Assembly (NCBI GenBank): GCA_012729765.1
Contig: JAAYCM010000129.1
Location: forward strand, 47,481 to 111,480
Origin: Chloroflexota bacterium
GTDB lineage: Bacteria > Chloroflexota > Anaerolineae > Aggregatilineales > Aggregatilineaceae
Direction of reading: 5' to 3'
Length of the DNA stretch: 64,000 nt
Positions within the stretch are counted from its first letter, which is position 1; the number at the start of each line of letters is the position of its first letter. Shown here in pieces: positions 19,949 to 30,419 of this stretch. Below the pieces are notes generated by a model. The model saw only the letters and a program-made list of their open reading frames with translations. It was not told where the DNA came from and searched no databases. Position numbers and translations under genes: made by a program.

Positions 19949-22900
19949 ATGTATCGTCGGATTCGAACCTGGCTGGGACTGGCTGCCGGCATTATCCTGG
20001 CCGCAGCGCTAGCCCTGGCTTATACCCACTATCGGGCATCCGCTCAGGACAATCTGCTTACCTATGGCGCTCGAGTCAGCGGTGAGGTCGGCGGGGCGAA
20101 TGCCAGCGATCAGTGGCAGTTCGAGGGCGTCGGCGGCGATCTGGTCGCAATCACCATCACACGCGTGGCCGGTGATCTAGTCCCCACCGTATCCCTGAGC
20201 GGGCCGGACGGCATGCCGCTCCTTAGCCTGAACTGGCCCGAACAAGGTCCCGCCAGTCTCAGTTTCAATGCCACGCTTCAGCGTGACGGCATCCACACGA
20301 TCCAGGTTGGCGCGCACGGCGGAACGCGCGGCGGCTATGCATTGGAGCTGCGCCTGACCGATACCCGTCCCCAGGTCGGGGTGGATGCCGGGCGGCTGGT
20401 CTATGGCAGCACGACCAACGGCGCGATCAGCCATGACGTCTATCGCCAGCTCTGGACGTTCCAGGGTGGGCAGGGCGACGTGATCGACATTCGAATGTCG
20501 CCCGCCGCCGATCTCGATGCGTCCCTGTCGCTGATCACGCCCGGTGGTGTCACGCTGGCGGCGAGTGACAGCGCGGGAGCCGGCGGTGGCGAGACGCTTT
20601 TCGCGCTGCGCCTGCCGCTCAACGGGGTCTATACGGTGTCCGCGCGGCGCGCCGGAGATGATTTCGGTGAGCAGGGCACGACCGAAGGCTCCTATACGCT
20701 TAATCTGACGCTGCGTACACCGGGGAATCCGGGCGCCCAGCCAACCCCGCTCGGCCTGAGTCTGGGGCAGGCCGCGTCAGGCCGCCTGACGACGGACGCG
20801 CCCGCCGCGCTCTACAATCTGGCTGCCGGTGTGCGCGTCGTTTCGTTGGGCGTCGCGCTGAACGATCCCACGCAGATATTCACAGTCCAGGTCATGACGC
20901 CGGGACGCGGGGTGTTGGAGACGTTTTCCGGGGCTGGCTCCCTGCGCCGGACGCTGACACTCCCCGAAGGCGAAACGGTCTGGCTGGAGCTGGCCGCGCC
21001 GACTCTTTCGGCAGCGCAGCCGTTGGACTTCGTGCTGCAGGCCGACCGCCTGGCTTCCGGCAGCAGCCGCTCACGCGCTCTGCTGATCGACAGACCTCAG
21101 GAACGACCCGCCGAAGCCGTTCAGGAAGCCGACGGGTGGCATTTTGCCGGGCAAGCCGGGGATCAGGTGCGGATCACAGTCGTGCCGCTGGGCCCCGCGC
21201 CCGGTACCATGCTGCGGATTTACAATCCGGCGGGCGGGCTGCTGGCCGAGCAGCCAGTCGATTCGGTGACGGTGCAGCCGCTGGCGCTTACGTCGAGCGG
21301 CATGTACGAGATCACGATCAGCCCATCGCTGGCCGCACAAGGCTACCGGATCGGAGTCGAGCGCCAGGGGGCCGGGCTGGCCTTCGCGCAGCGACCTGTC
21401 CCACGCGAGGCCGGGCGGCTGCGGCGTGAAGCGGCTGGAACTCTCCCGGCGGACGGGGGCGAAGCGTGGCTGATTGAGATCGATCAGGCGCAAAGCTGGC
21501 ATTTCGATCTGGCCGCCGACGGGCCGGATGTCCGGCTGGGGCTGGCGATCGAAGCGCCCGATGGTCAAACCCTCGCCACCACGCTCAGCGATTCCCGAAC
21601 CGGCGGCGCGGCAATCCTGCCGGTGATGCTGCCCCATGCCGGGCGCTATCGGGCAGTGGTGTTCGACGCTGGCGGCACCGGCGGGCGCTATGTTCTGAAC
21701 GGCAGCCCGCTGGCTGGCGGCCCGCTCGAACCCGGTGTGCTATCCACCGGCGTTCTGCTGCCGGGGCGTCAGGGCGATAGCTGGTCAGTCAATGTTCCCA
21801 CTGCGAGCCGCCTGGATGTGCAGGTCCAGCCGGCAAACGACAGCGCTCGCACGCTGCCGTTTCACGTGATCGGGCCGGATGGGGCACTGCTGGCATCGTC
21901 GTTGCAGCGCGACTTGCAGAATGGCTATTTGAGCGGCCTTGCGGCGCAGCAGGGGGGACAGTACCGTGTAATCGTTGGGCCAGTCGAGAACACGGAGCGG
22001 ACGGTCTACACGATCACGGTGCACGCCGAAGCTGTTACCCTGTCGCCGTCCGCCGCGCTGATCACGCCTGACGATGCGCTGCTGATCGATTATTCTTCCA
22101 CAAGCACACCGACCCCAGCACAGATCGTGATCGCGGAGCAGATCGCGCCCCCATTCACGGCTGATTCGCCCGTACTGGCGGCGGCAGCGGTATTAAACCA
22201 GGGCGCACTGGCGCGCGGTGCGATTCCAGACTCGCGCAATATGCAGGCGTGGTGGTTCCAGACCGAGCCGGGGCGCGTCCTGACGTTTTCGGCGACTGCA
22301 CTGGGCGTCGAAGCCGGACCAGACCTGCTGCTGCTGGACGCCAATGGGAAGCTGCTGGCCGAAAGCCTGCACCCCGCGACACACGCTAACTACTTGAGCT
22401 ACCGCTTCACAACCCTGGGGCGCTATTATGTCGTGGTGCGGCTGCCCGCCGGGACGCGCTACACGCTGAACATGCGCAGCCTGAGCGGTATCGACGAAAC
22501 GCTGCCCACCGTCCTGCCGGGTCAGGCGATAGTTTATGGCGAGACCGGTACCGGCGGCCTGCTGACCGCCGAAAGCGAGCAGGTTTATGTCTTCTACGGC
22601 AGCGTGGGCGACACCCTACGGATCAGCCTGGCGCGGGTGCAGAGCGAAACGGCGCTGCGCCTGACGCTGGCCCAGGCGACCGGGGGCGTGCTGCGCTCGC
22701 TTGTGCTGCCTCCCGATGAGTCATCAATCCGCCTGGACAGCTATCGCCTGCCGGATACAGGCGTATACCAGCTTGTGGTGAGCGCAGCCGGGGACGAGCA
22801 GTTCGCGCCAACGCGCTTTGCGGTGCATCTCAATCTTGAGTCGTCGCTCAGCCCGGCGGCACGCAGCGGCGGTGTGCTGCGCGATACTCAGACGGCGGAG

Positions 22901-25900
22901 CTGAACGCGGGCAGTCTGCGCCACCAATGGCTGTTCCAGGCGCAGGCCGGAGAAGCGATCACCGTTGAGGTCGGGCCGCTCTCGCCAGCGCTGGCCGCCA
23001 CTCTTATGTTACAGTTGACTGATTCAACGGGGACTGTTTTCCTGGAGCGTGCTGCCCAGGTCGGGCTGGACCGGCTGAGCCTGGATGATGTGCTGCTGCC
23101 CAAGAGCGGGGTGTATCAGGTCATCGTAAGCAGCCTGGATCGCCAGAGCGGACCGTATCGCGTCAATCTGCTCCGGGGCGCATCCGCGAACGACGACACG
23201 CATGGCGGGCTGCGCTATGGGGAAACGGTCGGGAGAGTCCTCAGCCGCGACAATAATCTCGACGTGTGGACGTTTGCTGGCTCGCGTGGTGACGAGATCA
23301 CGATCGCGGCGCGGGCGCTGCGCGGTGATCCGGCGCCGGTTAGCTTCCAATTACGCACCCAGACCGGCGAACCGCTGGCAACCATCCTGGCGAGTTATCC
23401 TGATCCGGCCCTGGCGCAGGGCATCCGGCTCCCGGTCAGTGGCTATTACTCGATCATTGTGGGCAGCCCGGATGGAACATTTGACGGCAGCGCGGCCTAC
23501 GCGCTCAGCGTGACGCTCCAGCAGACTCCGGCGCGCTCGATGGGCAGTCTGATCGATTATGGCAGCACCGTCACGGGCGCGCTCTATGCCGACGATCCGC
23601 AGGACATCTGGCTGTTCGATGGGCGGCAGGGTGACGTCATCCGCATGATTGCCGAAGGGGTCACGCCGGACGTGCTGCCCGCGCTCGAGCTGCTGGCGAC
23701 CGATTGGCGCGTGGCCAGCCAGGAAAACAGCCTACAGGTGATCGCCAGCGCGCAGGCAGTCGAGCAAAACCCGGCGCAGATCGACGGCTTTGTGCTGCCG
23801 GTCAGTGGTACCTATGCGCTGCTGATCGAAGCCACCGCTGGCGCGAGCGGTCGCTATCGCGTATCACTCGACGCGCAGCCTGCCGAATTGATTCCGGCTG
23901 CTGTGCTGGAACCCGGTGAGGAACAGCCCGGCGCGATCTCACCTGGCGCGCCAATCAACCGCTGGACGTTTTCCGGCACGCGGGACAGCATCATCACACT
24001 GACGGTAATGCCTGACAGCCGGGCCGTGCTGGCTCCGGCGGTGATCCTGCTCGGCGCGGATGGCATACCGCTGGCTTCGGCTGAAGCGCTGCCGTACCAG
24101 CCGGCAACGATCGACGCTTACCGGCTGCCGGTCAGCGGGCAGTATAGCGTTGAGGTGCGCTCGGCAGTCGCGGCGTCGGAAAGTGTCGGGCGCTACAGCC
24201 TGCTGCTGCACGAGATTGAAGAGCCGCCCCCCGCGCTCGGCTCGATCATCATTAACCAGACGGCACGCAGCGCAATCGGTGAGGGTATGCTGTGGCAGAC
24301 CTGGCTGCTTGAGGCCCAGGCCGGGGATGTCGTGCAGTTTCAGGTCGATATAACCGGGGGGAATCTTGACCCGGTGCTGCGCGTGTATGGGTCGGATGGT
24401 GCGCTGCTGGCGGCGACGGATGGACAGGGTCCGCGGGCCAGCCTGACTGTCGCGCTGGATACGGACGGCATCTACCAGGTCGTGATCGGGCGGCACGCGG
24501 GGGCGTATGGCACCACACAGGGGAATTATGTACTGGCGGCCAACCGCGTGTATCGCTTCGCGCCAGCAGCCACCGGCGAACCGCTGGCCTATGGTAGTTC
24601 GGTGAGCGGCTCGACCGATAGCAACACCCGTACAGCGACATGGCTGTTTTCCGGCGCAAGGGGCGACGTGATCCAGGCCCGGCTGCGCTTTGGCGCGGAC
24701 GACTCGCCGCTGGCATTGGAGCTTCAGGACGCCGCCGGCAGCACGCTGACTACCGGGATTCGCGCGCAGGGCACGGCGACAATCGGCAGCTTCACGCTGC
24801 CCGCCAACGGTCTCTACCGGCTCGTGGTGCGCCGCCCGGCAGATGCGCGCGCGAACAGCTACAGCCCTTATTCGCTGGCCTTGGATCTGCTCAGCACGCC
24901 GGCGGCGGATGGCATACCGGGCGGGGTCCTGCTGGCAGGCGAACCGGCAACGGCGCAGATCACGACACGGCAGGCCGTGCATGCCTGGATGTTCAGGGGC
25001 CAGGCCGGGCAGACGGCGGCACTCGCCATGAGCCGGCTGGATGGGCGACTGGCGGGCCAGCTTGACCTGCTCGCGCCCGATGGCAGCCTGCTGCGCAGCG
25101 TATCCACGGATGGCGCATCTGACCGGCTGAGCAGTGGGAGCGTGCACCTGCCGCTCGACGGGCTGTACCTGGTGCTGATCACCGGCGATCCGGCAGCCGA
25201 TTTTGTGTATCGCCTGCTGCTGCAGACCACCACGCTGGATGATACCGCACCAATATTGGAGCCGTTCCAGGCGGCGCACGGCACCCTCAACAGCGCTAAT
25301 CCCCAGGCGGCATGGCAGTTTCAGGCCCAGCCCGGTGCAGTCTACGCCTTGCGGGTGGCGGTCCTGTCCGGTGATCTCCAGCCTGAGGTGACGGTCTGGG
25401 GGCCGGACGGCCAGCCGGTCGCGGCGGGCCTGCCAGATACCAGCGCCGAAACGACTCAGATCGCGGTGCCACCGTTTACGGCCCCAGCCGAAGGGCGCTA
25501 TACCGTCACGATCAGCCGCAGCGGCGGCGTAAGCGGATCGACGGCGGGCACCTATCGGCTGCTGCTGCGCCACGAGCCGATCACGGCCCAGGCCGCCACC
25601 GCTGAGGATATCGCCTTCGGGCAGGCCGTCCAGCGCACACTGCCAGGGCCGGATACCCGGCAGCGGTTCGCGTTCCAGGGACTGGCCGGCGACCTGATCG
25701 CGATTGCGGTGCAGACGGTGGATAACAGTCCGCCGCCGGTGCTATTGCTGGAAACCGAAGTCGGTACTGCGCTCGAACCGGTGGTGATCGAGAGTGAGGT
25801 TGAAGCTGCCATTCCGGCGTTCACACTGCCGCAGGATGGGCGCTACGTGCTCACCCTCGAAGGCCGCGCCGCCAGCGAATATATCCTGGAAGTGATCCGG

Positions 25901-27595
25901 CGCGAGGCGAGCCTGCCGGAAGGCATCCGCCCGCGTGATCTGAATCGTGAGCAGGATATCGCCGATGTGCTGCGCAGCGGCGCGCCGGCCACCTATTGGC
26001 GGGTGTCAGGTCAGCGCGGCGACGTGCTCAATTTCACGCTCGGCATGTCCAGCGGCAGCGTGCGGGCCGATCTGGCGCTCTACGGGCCGGGTGGACTGAT
26101 GACGAGTATCACGCAGCCGGCAGGTGAAGCGTCGGTTGTGCTGGGACCGGTACGCTTGCCGGAGAACGGCGATTATGTGCTGCGTGTTGCGCCCTGGATC
26201 AGCAGCTTGCCCGGAAGCGCCAGCCGCTACACTTTGCGCGTCGAGCTGGCCCCGCCCGACGCATCCGGCTCTAGCGGCGGATTCATCCCGGCCCGCGATG
26301 TGCCGGTGTTCGGGGGGATCACGGGGTTCGATCCGGAGGATGTGTGGGAATTTGACGGCGAGGCGGGTGAGGTTGTCGTGATCCGCGTGGAGACACTCAC
26401 ACGGGCCGCGCCGCTGGCGCTCACCGTAACCGGGCCGGAAACTGACGAAATACTGACCAGCAGTGCCGGGAGCCAGTTGGGAGCGCTGATCGAGACGCCA
26501 CTCCTGACGCTGCCCAGCAGCGGGCGCTACCGGGTCACGATCAGCGGGACGCCAAACGAAGAAGCTGCGATTGAGTACCGGCTGGTTGTGCTCCAGCGCC
26601 AGACGCCGCATTCGTCCAGCCTGGACAACGCGCACGGGATCGCTTACGGCAGTCCGCAATCAGGAAGCCTGACTCTAGATCGCCCGTATGAGGCGTGGGT
26701 GTTCGACGGCCAGGCCGGAGAACGGATTACGGCGCGAGCCGAGGCAACGAACAGCGCAGTGTCAATAACGCTGCTGACTCCGAACGGGCACACCTTGCAG
26801 GTCGCACGCGGCACTGAGCAGCAGGTTGACCTGCCGTTGAGCATGCTGCCGCAGGATGGTTTTTACGCGCTGATCGTCGGCCCGGCGGGCAGCACGCCAG
26901 CCGAGACGGACTACACGCTGCACCTGGAGCGGCAGGCCCCAACAGCAGTCCCGCAGGGGCGGTTGGAAAACGAAGCGGGCGGCCAGTTCGCTATCGCGGC
27001 CCCGGTGCACACCTGGACCGTGCAGCCCGCGTATTCCGGCGACTATCTGATCGAGGTCGTCATGCAGGCCCCTGGAAGCGGCGCGAACCTGTTTATTTAC
27101 ACCGCTGAGGGCGATCTGCTGGCAAGCGGGGTGACCACAGCCCCTGGTACGGTGCGTGCACTGGCCTACCTGGAGCGCGACCGGACGTACAGCGCGATCG
27201 TCTCCGCTGGCATAGAGGCCCTGGCATCCGGCAGTTACCGTATCCGGCCCCTGCCCGCCAGCCCAGTTACGCTTGGGGGCGCGCTGGAGCCAGGCCAGAC
27301 TAATATCGGACGCCTGGAAGATGCACATTTTTCGGATGAATGGCAGGTAGTGGGAATGGCCGGTCAGACTCTGGTGATCGAGATTGCGCGTGCCAGCGGT
27401 GACCTGCTGCCGGTCGTATCCGTGCTGGACCCCAACCAGTTCTTGCTGCGCGAGAGCGCGGCGGATAACGATGGGCAGCTCACGGCGGAGATCATGCTGC
27501 CCGCCAATGGCCGCTACAGCATCCTGGTGGCACGTCAGGATCTCAGCGCCGGCACGTCGGCGGGCGAATATACGATTTTAACTACGTTGGAATAG
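19949..27595 (+). CDS. Giant (2548 aa) secreted or anchored protein composed almost entirely of tandem PPC-like (pre-peptidase C-terminal / collagen-binding-type) beta-sandwich repeats
   Basis: N-terminal signal anchor MYRRIRTWLGLAAGIILAAALALAY. Then about 22 units of ~110-116 aa with the pattern G..G.I......(D/Q).W.F.G..GD.(I/V).I ... L.L..P.G..L ... LP..G.Y.(I/V).V ... G.Y.L. No catalytic domain recognised. Confidence 0.85.
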   Translation: MYRRIRTWLGLAAGIILAAALALAYTHYRASAQDNLLTYGARVSGEVGGANASDQWQFEGVGGDLVAITITRVAGDLVPTVSLSGPDGMPLLSLNWPEQGPASLSFNATLQRDGIHTIQVGAHGGTRGGYALELRLTDTRPQVGVDAGRLVYGSTTNGAISHDVYRQLWTFQGGQGDVIDIRMSPAADLDASLSLITPGGVTLAASDSAGAGGGETLFALRLPLNGVYTVSARRAGDDFGEQGTTEGSYTLNLTLRTPGNPGAQPTPLGLSLGQAASGRLTTDAPAALYNLAAGVRVVSLGVALNDPTQIFTVQVMTPGRGVLETFSGAGSLRRTLTLPEGETVWLELAAPTLSAAQPLDFVLQADRLASGSSRSRALLIDRPQERPAEAVQEADGWHFAGQAGDQVRITVVPLGPAPGTMLRIYNPAGGLLAEQPVDSVTVQPLALTSSGMYEITISPSLAAQGYRIGVERQGAGLAFAQRPVPREAGRLRREAAGTLPADGGEAWLIEIDQAQSWHFDLAADGPDVRLGLAIEAPDGQTLATTLSDSRTGGAAILPVMLPHAGRYRAVVFDAGGTGGRYVLNGSPLAGGPLEPGVLSTGVLLPGRQGDSWSVNVPTASRLDVQVQPANDSARTLPFHVIGPDGALLASSLQRDLQNGYLSGLAAQQGGQYRVIVGPVENTERTVYTITVHAEAVTLSPSAALITPDDALLIDYSSTSTPTPAQIVIAEQIAPPFTADSPVLAAAAVLNQGALARGAIPDSRNMQAWWFQTEPGRVLTFSATALGVEAGPDLLLLDANGKLLAESLHPATHANYLSYRFTTLGRYYVVVRLPAGTRYTLNMRSLSGIDETLPTVLPGQAIVYGETGTGGLLTAESEQVYVFYGSVGDTLRISLARVQSETALRLTLAQATGGVLRSLVLPPDESSIRLDSYRLPDTGVYQLVVSAAGDEQFAPTRFAVHLNLESSLSPAARSGGVLRDTQTAELNAGSLRHQWLFQAQAGEAITVEVGPLSPALAATLMLQLTDSTGTVFLERAAQVGLDRLSLDDVLLPKSGVYQVIVSSLDRQSGPYRVNLLRGASANDDTHGGLRYGETVGRVLSRDNNLDVWTFAGSRGDEITIAARALRGDPAPVSFQLRTQTGEPLATILASYPDPALAQGIRLPVSGYYSIIVGSPDGTFDGSAAYALSVTLQQTPARSMGSLIDYGSTVTGALYADDPQDIWLFDGRQGDVIRMIAEGVTPDVLPALELLATDWRVASQENSLQVIASAQAVEQNPAQIDGFVLPVSGTYALLIEATAGASGRYRVSLDAQPAELIPAAVLEPGEEQPGAISPGAPINRWTFSGTRDSIITLTVMPDSRAVLAPAVILLGADGIPLASAEALPYQPATIDAYRLPVSGQYSVEVRSAVAASESVGRYSLLLHEIEEPPPALGSIIINQTARSAIGEGMLWQTWLLEAQAGDVVQFQVDITGGNLDPVLRVYGSDGALLAATDGQGPRASLTVALDTDGIYQVVIGRHAGAYGTTQGNYVLAANRVYRFAPAATGEPLAYGSSVSGSTDSNTRTATWLFSGARGDVIQARLRFGADDSPLALELQDAAGSTLTTGIRAQGTATIGSFTLPANGLYRLVVRRPADARANSYSPYSLALDLLSTPAADGIPGGVLLAGEPATAQITTRQAVHAWMFRGQAGQTAALAMSRLDGRLAGQLDLLAPDGSLLRSVSTDGASDRLSSGSVHLPLDGLYLVLITGDPAADFVYRLLLQTTTLDDTAPILEPFQAAHGTLNSANPQAAWQFQAQPGAVYALRVAVLSGDLQPEVTVWGPDGQPVAAGLPDTSAETTQIAVPPFTAPAEGRYTVTISRSGGVSGSTAGTYRLLLRHEPITAQAATAEDIAFGQAVQRTLPGPDTRQRFAFQGLAGDLIAIAVQTVDNSPPPVLLLETEVGTALEPVVIESEVEAAIPAFTLPQDGRYVLTLEGRAASEYILEVIRREASLPEGIRPRDLNREQDIADVLRSGAPATYWRVSGQRGDVLNFTLGMSSGSVRADLALYGPGGLMTSITQPAGEASVVLGPVRLPENGDYVLRVAPWISSLPGSASRYTLRVELAPPDASGSSGGFIPARDVPVFGGITGFDPEDVWEFDGEAGEVVVIRVETLTRAAPLALTVTGPETDEILTSSAGSQLGALIETPLLTLPSSGRYRVTISGTPNEEAAIEYRLVVLQRQTPHSSSLDNAHGIAYGSPQSGSLTLDRPYEAWVFDGQAGERITARAEATNSAVSITLLTPNGHTLQVARGTEQQVDLPLSMLPQDGFYALIVGPAGSTPAETDYTLHLERQAPTAVPQGRLENEAGGQFAIAAPVHTWTVQPAYSGDYLIEVVMQAPGSGANLFIYTAEGDLLASGVTTAPGTVRALAYLERDRTYSAIVSAGIEALASGSYRIRPLPASPVTLGGALEPGQTNIGRLEDAHFSDEWQVVGMAGQTLVIEIARASGDLLPVVSVLDPNQFLLRESAADNDGQLTAEIMLPANGRYSILVARQDLSAGTSAGEYTILTTLE
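20050..27590 (+). repeat. About 22 tandem protein-domain repeats, diverged at the DNA level, inside the giant ORF
   Basis: Repeat anchors read in the translation: DQWQFEGVGGD, QLWTFQGGQGD, DGWHFAGQAGD, QAWWFQTEPGR, HQWLFQAQAGE, DVWTFAGSRGD, DIWLFDGRQGD, NRWTFSGTRDS, QTWLLEAQAGD, ATWLFSGARGD, HAWMFRGQAGQ, AAWQFQAQPGA, QRFAFQGLAGD, TYWRVSGQRGD, DVWEFDGEAGE, EAWVFDGQAGE, DEWQVVGMAGQ, plus degenerate copies. Confidence 0.8.
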
Positions 27596-27649
27596 GCCGC
27601 GGCGGGCCGCCCCTATGGAAGCCGCCCGCCGTGCTACTTCGCATCCCAA

Positions 27650-28996
27650 CTACTGCACGACCGGAACGTTTGCCGCATCCCCTTCGACCAGGATATGCAG
27701 CTTGGATACCCAGCCGTTACCGAACGGGCTTTGTACCAGCCACCAGCCGCGATCGGGACTCTGGCCGATGATCGGCATACGGGTGCGGGCCGGTACGCTG
27801 CCCAGCGACGAGAATGCGCTGTTCGGACCGGACCGGATATTGAGCGCGCCGGTCGCCACAAATGCCACCGGCCCGGTAAGCTGTGGCGCGGGGGCCTCGC
27901 CGCCACCCTGGCCATCCGTTGGCGTGGATGCTCCGCCCGGTGCAACGATTGGCACGCCGGCGGTGTCACCGCGTGCGATGACGAAGCGGGTGCTCACCCA
28001 GCCGTTGCCGAAACTCGTCTCGATCAGCCACCAGCCGCCATCTGCCGAGCGGCCAATGATGCGCCCCTGATCGCCACCGGCCAGAGTGCCGATGTCGGTA
28101 TACTGCGCGCCGGGCCCGCTGCGCACGTTGAGCGCGCCGGTATTGATGATTGCCACCGGGCCGCTCACCGGGGCGCCAGCGGCAGGAGCGGCCACCGGCG
28201 CGGTCCCGAATTCGTTGCGCAGGATCAGGTAGCGCGCCGACACCCAACCGCTGCCGAACGGCGACTGGACCTGGTACCACGCGCCGTCCGCCGACCGGCC
28301 CAGGATCGCCAGCGTATCACCGCCGCTCACCCGGCCCAGCGACGCATAGTTGATGCCCGGTCCGCTGCGCACATTGAGGAAGGCGGTCGAAACGATCCCG
28401 AACGGGGCATCCGCCGTCACGGGCACCGCTGCCTGCGCCGCGACGGGGGCTGCCACACCGGGCGCGCTGACATGTGCCGCCGAAATCCAGCCGGTGCCAT
28501 AGGCCCACCGGATTTCCAGCCAGGTCCCATCCGCGTTCTGCCCGATCACCAACACCTGATCGCCGCGCCCAAGCTGGCCGAGACGGGGCGCGTTCGGTCC
28601 GGCGCCGCTGCGCACGTTCAGAATGCCGCTGACGGTCGCAATCGGGCCAGGGTTGCGCACCGGAACATTCCCGGCATTGGCTGCCGTGACGGCTGTCTTG
28701 GCAACCCAGCCCTCGCCGAAGCGCGTATTGACGTACCACCAGCCGCCATCGGGACTCGCAGCCACAATGGGCACGACTTCGCCGGACGGCAGCACACCGA
28801 TAATGTAAAAGCCATTACCCGGCCCGCCGCGCACATTCACGGCCCCGCTGGATGTGGCATAGGGGCCGGTCTGCGCCGCGCGATCGGTATCCGGCACGGT
28901 CGAACTGGCGGCGGCTAGCTGCGCCGGAGCCAGCAGCCACGCGACGCTTACGATTGCCAGGAAAACAGCCAGAATTCTGAAGGGCACACGCTGCAT
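27650..28996 (-). CDS. Secreted protein with five tandem bacterial SH3 (SH3b) domains
   Basis: Start moved to ATG 28996 (MQRVPFRILAVFLAIVSVAWLLAPAQLAAA, a signal peptide, with GGAGG Shine-Dalgarno upstream). The track start at 29239 runs through the tRNA-Leu gene. Five repeats of G.LN(V/I)RSGPG....LG......(I/V).G.S.DG.W..(V/I)....G.GWVS. Confidence 0.85.
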   Translation of the reverse strand: MQRVPFRILAVFLAIVSVAWLLAPAQLAAASSTVPDTDRAAQTGPYATSSGAVNVRGGPGNGFYIIGVLPSGEVVPIVAASPDGGWWYVNTRFGEGWVAKTAVTAANAGNVPVRNPGPIATVSGILNVRSGAGPNAPRLGQLGRGDQVLVIGQNADGTWLEIRWAYGTGWISAAHVSAPGVAAPVAAQAAVPVTADAPFGIVSTAFLNVRSGPGINYASLGRVSGGDTLAILGRSADGAWYQVQSPFGSGWVSARYLILRNEFGTAPVAAPAAGAPVSGPVAIINTGALNVRSGPGAQYTDIGTLAGGDQGRIIGRSADGGWWLIETSFGNGWVSTRFVIARGDTAGVPIVAPGGASTPTDGQGGGEAPAPQLTGPVAFVATGALNIRSGPNSAFSSLGSVPARTRMPIIGQSPDRGWWLVQSPFGNGWVSKLHILVEGDAANVPVVQ

Positions 28997-29136
28997 GAGG
29001 AAGCCTCCTGTCAGACTGGGGAATAAGTTCTGGTTCCAGGTTGTGGACGCTGTGTGCAGTGTATGTCGATTTGCCGGGAGATGCAAACAAAAAACGAGCC
29101 GTCCAACTGACCGCTCGTCCCATTCAATCCTGCTTA

Positions 29137-29222
29137 TGGTGCCCTGGAGAGGACTCGAACCTCCACGCCCGAACGGGCACAGGCCCTCAACCTGCCGCGT
29201 ATGCCAATTCCGCCACCAGGGC
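29137..29222 (-). tRNA. tRNA-Leu (anticodon GAG), long variable arm, CCA encoded
   Basis: Reverse complement: GCCCTGGTGGCGGAATTGGCATACGCGGCAGGTTGAGGGCCTGTGCCCGTTCGGGCGTGGAGGTTCGAGTCCTCTCCAGGGCACCA. Anticodon loop TTGAGGG. T-loop GGTTCGAGTCC. Confidence 0.9.
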
Positions 29223-29346
29223 ATCGCTGTGAGTGACATTATACACGCGCAAAATCAGATGTCAATGGTGGCGGGGCGCCCGCTGGCTGCGTACAATCAA
29301 CACGCTGGTGATTGGCTTGAAGCCGCTTGATACAGGATAGGGAAAG

Positions 29347-30363
29347 ATGCGGATTGTTCTAGACGCGATGGGCAGCGACCAGCATCCGGGACCGGATGTC
29401 GAAGGGGCGGTGCTGGCCGCACGTGAATATGGCGATACGATTATTCTGGTCGGCGATCGCGCCACGATCGAGCGCGAACTGGGCCGGCACGACACAACAG
29501 GCCTTACGTTAGAGATCGTTCACGCGCCGCAAAAAATCGTCATGACGGATAAACCGGCGGCGGTTGGGCGCGGCAAGCCGGAGTCGTCGATGCATATCGG
29601 CCTGGGGCTGGTCAAGGATGGTCAGGGCGACGCGTTCGTGACGGCGGGCAATACCGGCGCGGCGCTGGCCGTCGCAACCCTGCACAAGCTCCACCGGATT
29701 CAGGGCGTCCATCGCCCGGCGCTCTCGACAATTCTCTCTCTGGGCGGCCAGTCGATTGTGCTGCTCGATGTGGGTGCAAACACCGACACCCGCGCCGAGT
29801 GGCTGCTGCAATATGGGCTGATGGGCAGCATCTACGCCGAACGCGCGCTCAAACGCAGCCGGCCACGGGTGGCGCTGCTGTCTAACGGCGAGGAGGCCGG
29901 TAAAGGCACCGCTTTGGTCCAGGAAGCTGCGGAACTCCTGACCGGCAGCGGGGTTAACTTTATTGGGAACGCGGAGCCAAAAGAAATCCTGCACGGCCAG
30001 GTTGATGTCGCCGTGATGGATGGTTTTTCCGGGAATGTCATGATCAAAACGCTGGAAGCGCTGGCCCAGGTCGTGTTTGACCTGATCCGGCAGGAGCTGA
30101 TGGTCGATACACGCTCCAAAGTGGCCGGGCTGCTGGCTAAACCCGCGTTCCGGCGAGTTCATCGCCAGATCGACCCCTTTGAGATCGGCGGCGCGCCACT
30201 CCTGGGGGTTGATGGTGTTGTGATCATCGGCCACGGGCGCTCCAACGCGGTCGCCGTGAAGAATGCCATCCGGCAGGCACGGCTGGCGGTCGAGGGGCAG
30301 GTTGTGGACGCGATCCGGCAGGGTCTCACCCAGGCTCCTGCCATTCAAGAACAATCAGACTGA
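29347..30363 (+). CDS. plsX: Phosphate acyltransferase PlsX
   Basis: 338 aa. MRIVLDAMGSDQHPGPDVEGAVLAA..., GNTGA, and VLLDVGAN motifs typical of PlsX. Confidence 0.95.
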   Translation: MRIVLDAMGSDQHPGPDVEGAVLAAREYGDTIILVGDRATIERELGRHDTTGLTLEIVHAPQKIVMTDKPAAVGRGKPESSMHIGLGLVKDGQGDAFVTAGNTGAALAVATLHKLHRIQGVHRPALSTILSLGGQSIVLLDVGANTDTRAEWLLQYGLMGSIYAERALKRSRPRVALLSNGEEAGKGTALVQEAAELLTGSGVNFIGNAEPKEILHGQVDVAVMDGFSGNVMIKTLEALAQVVFDLIRQELMVDTRSKVAGLLAKPAFRRVHRQIDPFEIGGAPLLGVDGVVIIGHGRSNAVAVKNAIRQARLAVEGQVVDAIRQGLTQAPAIQEQSD

Positions 30364-30419
30364 GCTTAGGGGCGATGGTGGCCTCTACAGTCCTAAGCGT
30401 ACGAGAAGGAAGCACAAAA

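Noticed and set aside
19949-27595. Periodicity in the giant gene as a possible DNA-level tandem repeat or CRISPR-like array.
   Set aside because: The repeats are ~345 nt protein-domain units with strongly diverged nucleotide sequence. There are no short identical direct repeats with unique spacers anywhere in the window.
27650-29239. N-terminally extended versions of real genes as given in the track. These are 27650..29239 (runs through tRNA-Leu), 13008..13907 (overlaps smpB), 15533..16867, 47487..48458 (overlaps rbsK), 49368..52226, 30375 for fabF, and 56821 for the 190-aa gene.
   Set aside because: The extensions have shadow-like composition or overlap other genes or tRNAs. Internal ATGs give canonical N-termini (signal peptide, REC domain start, AcnA start) and have better RBS context.
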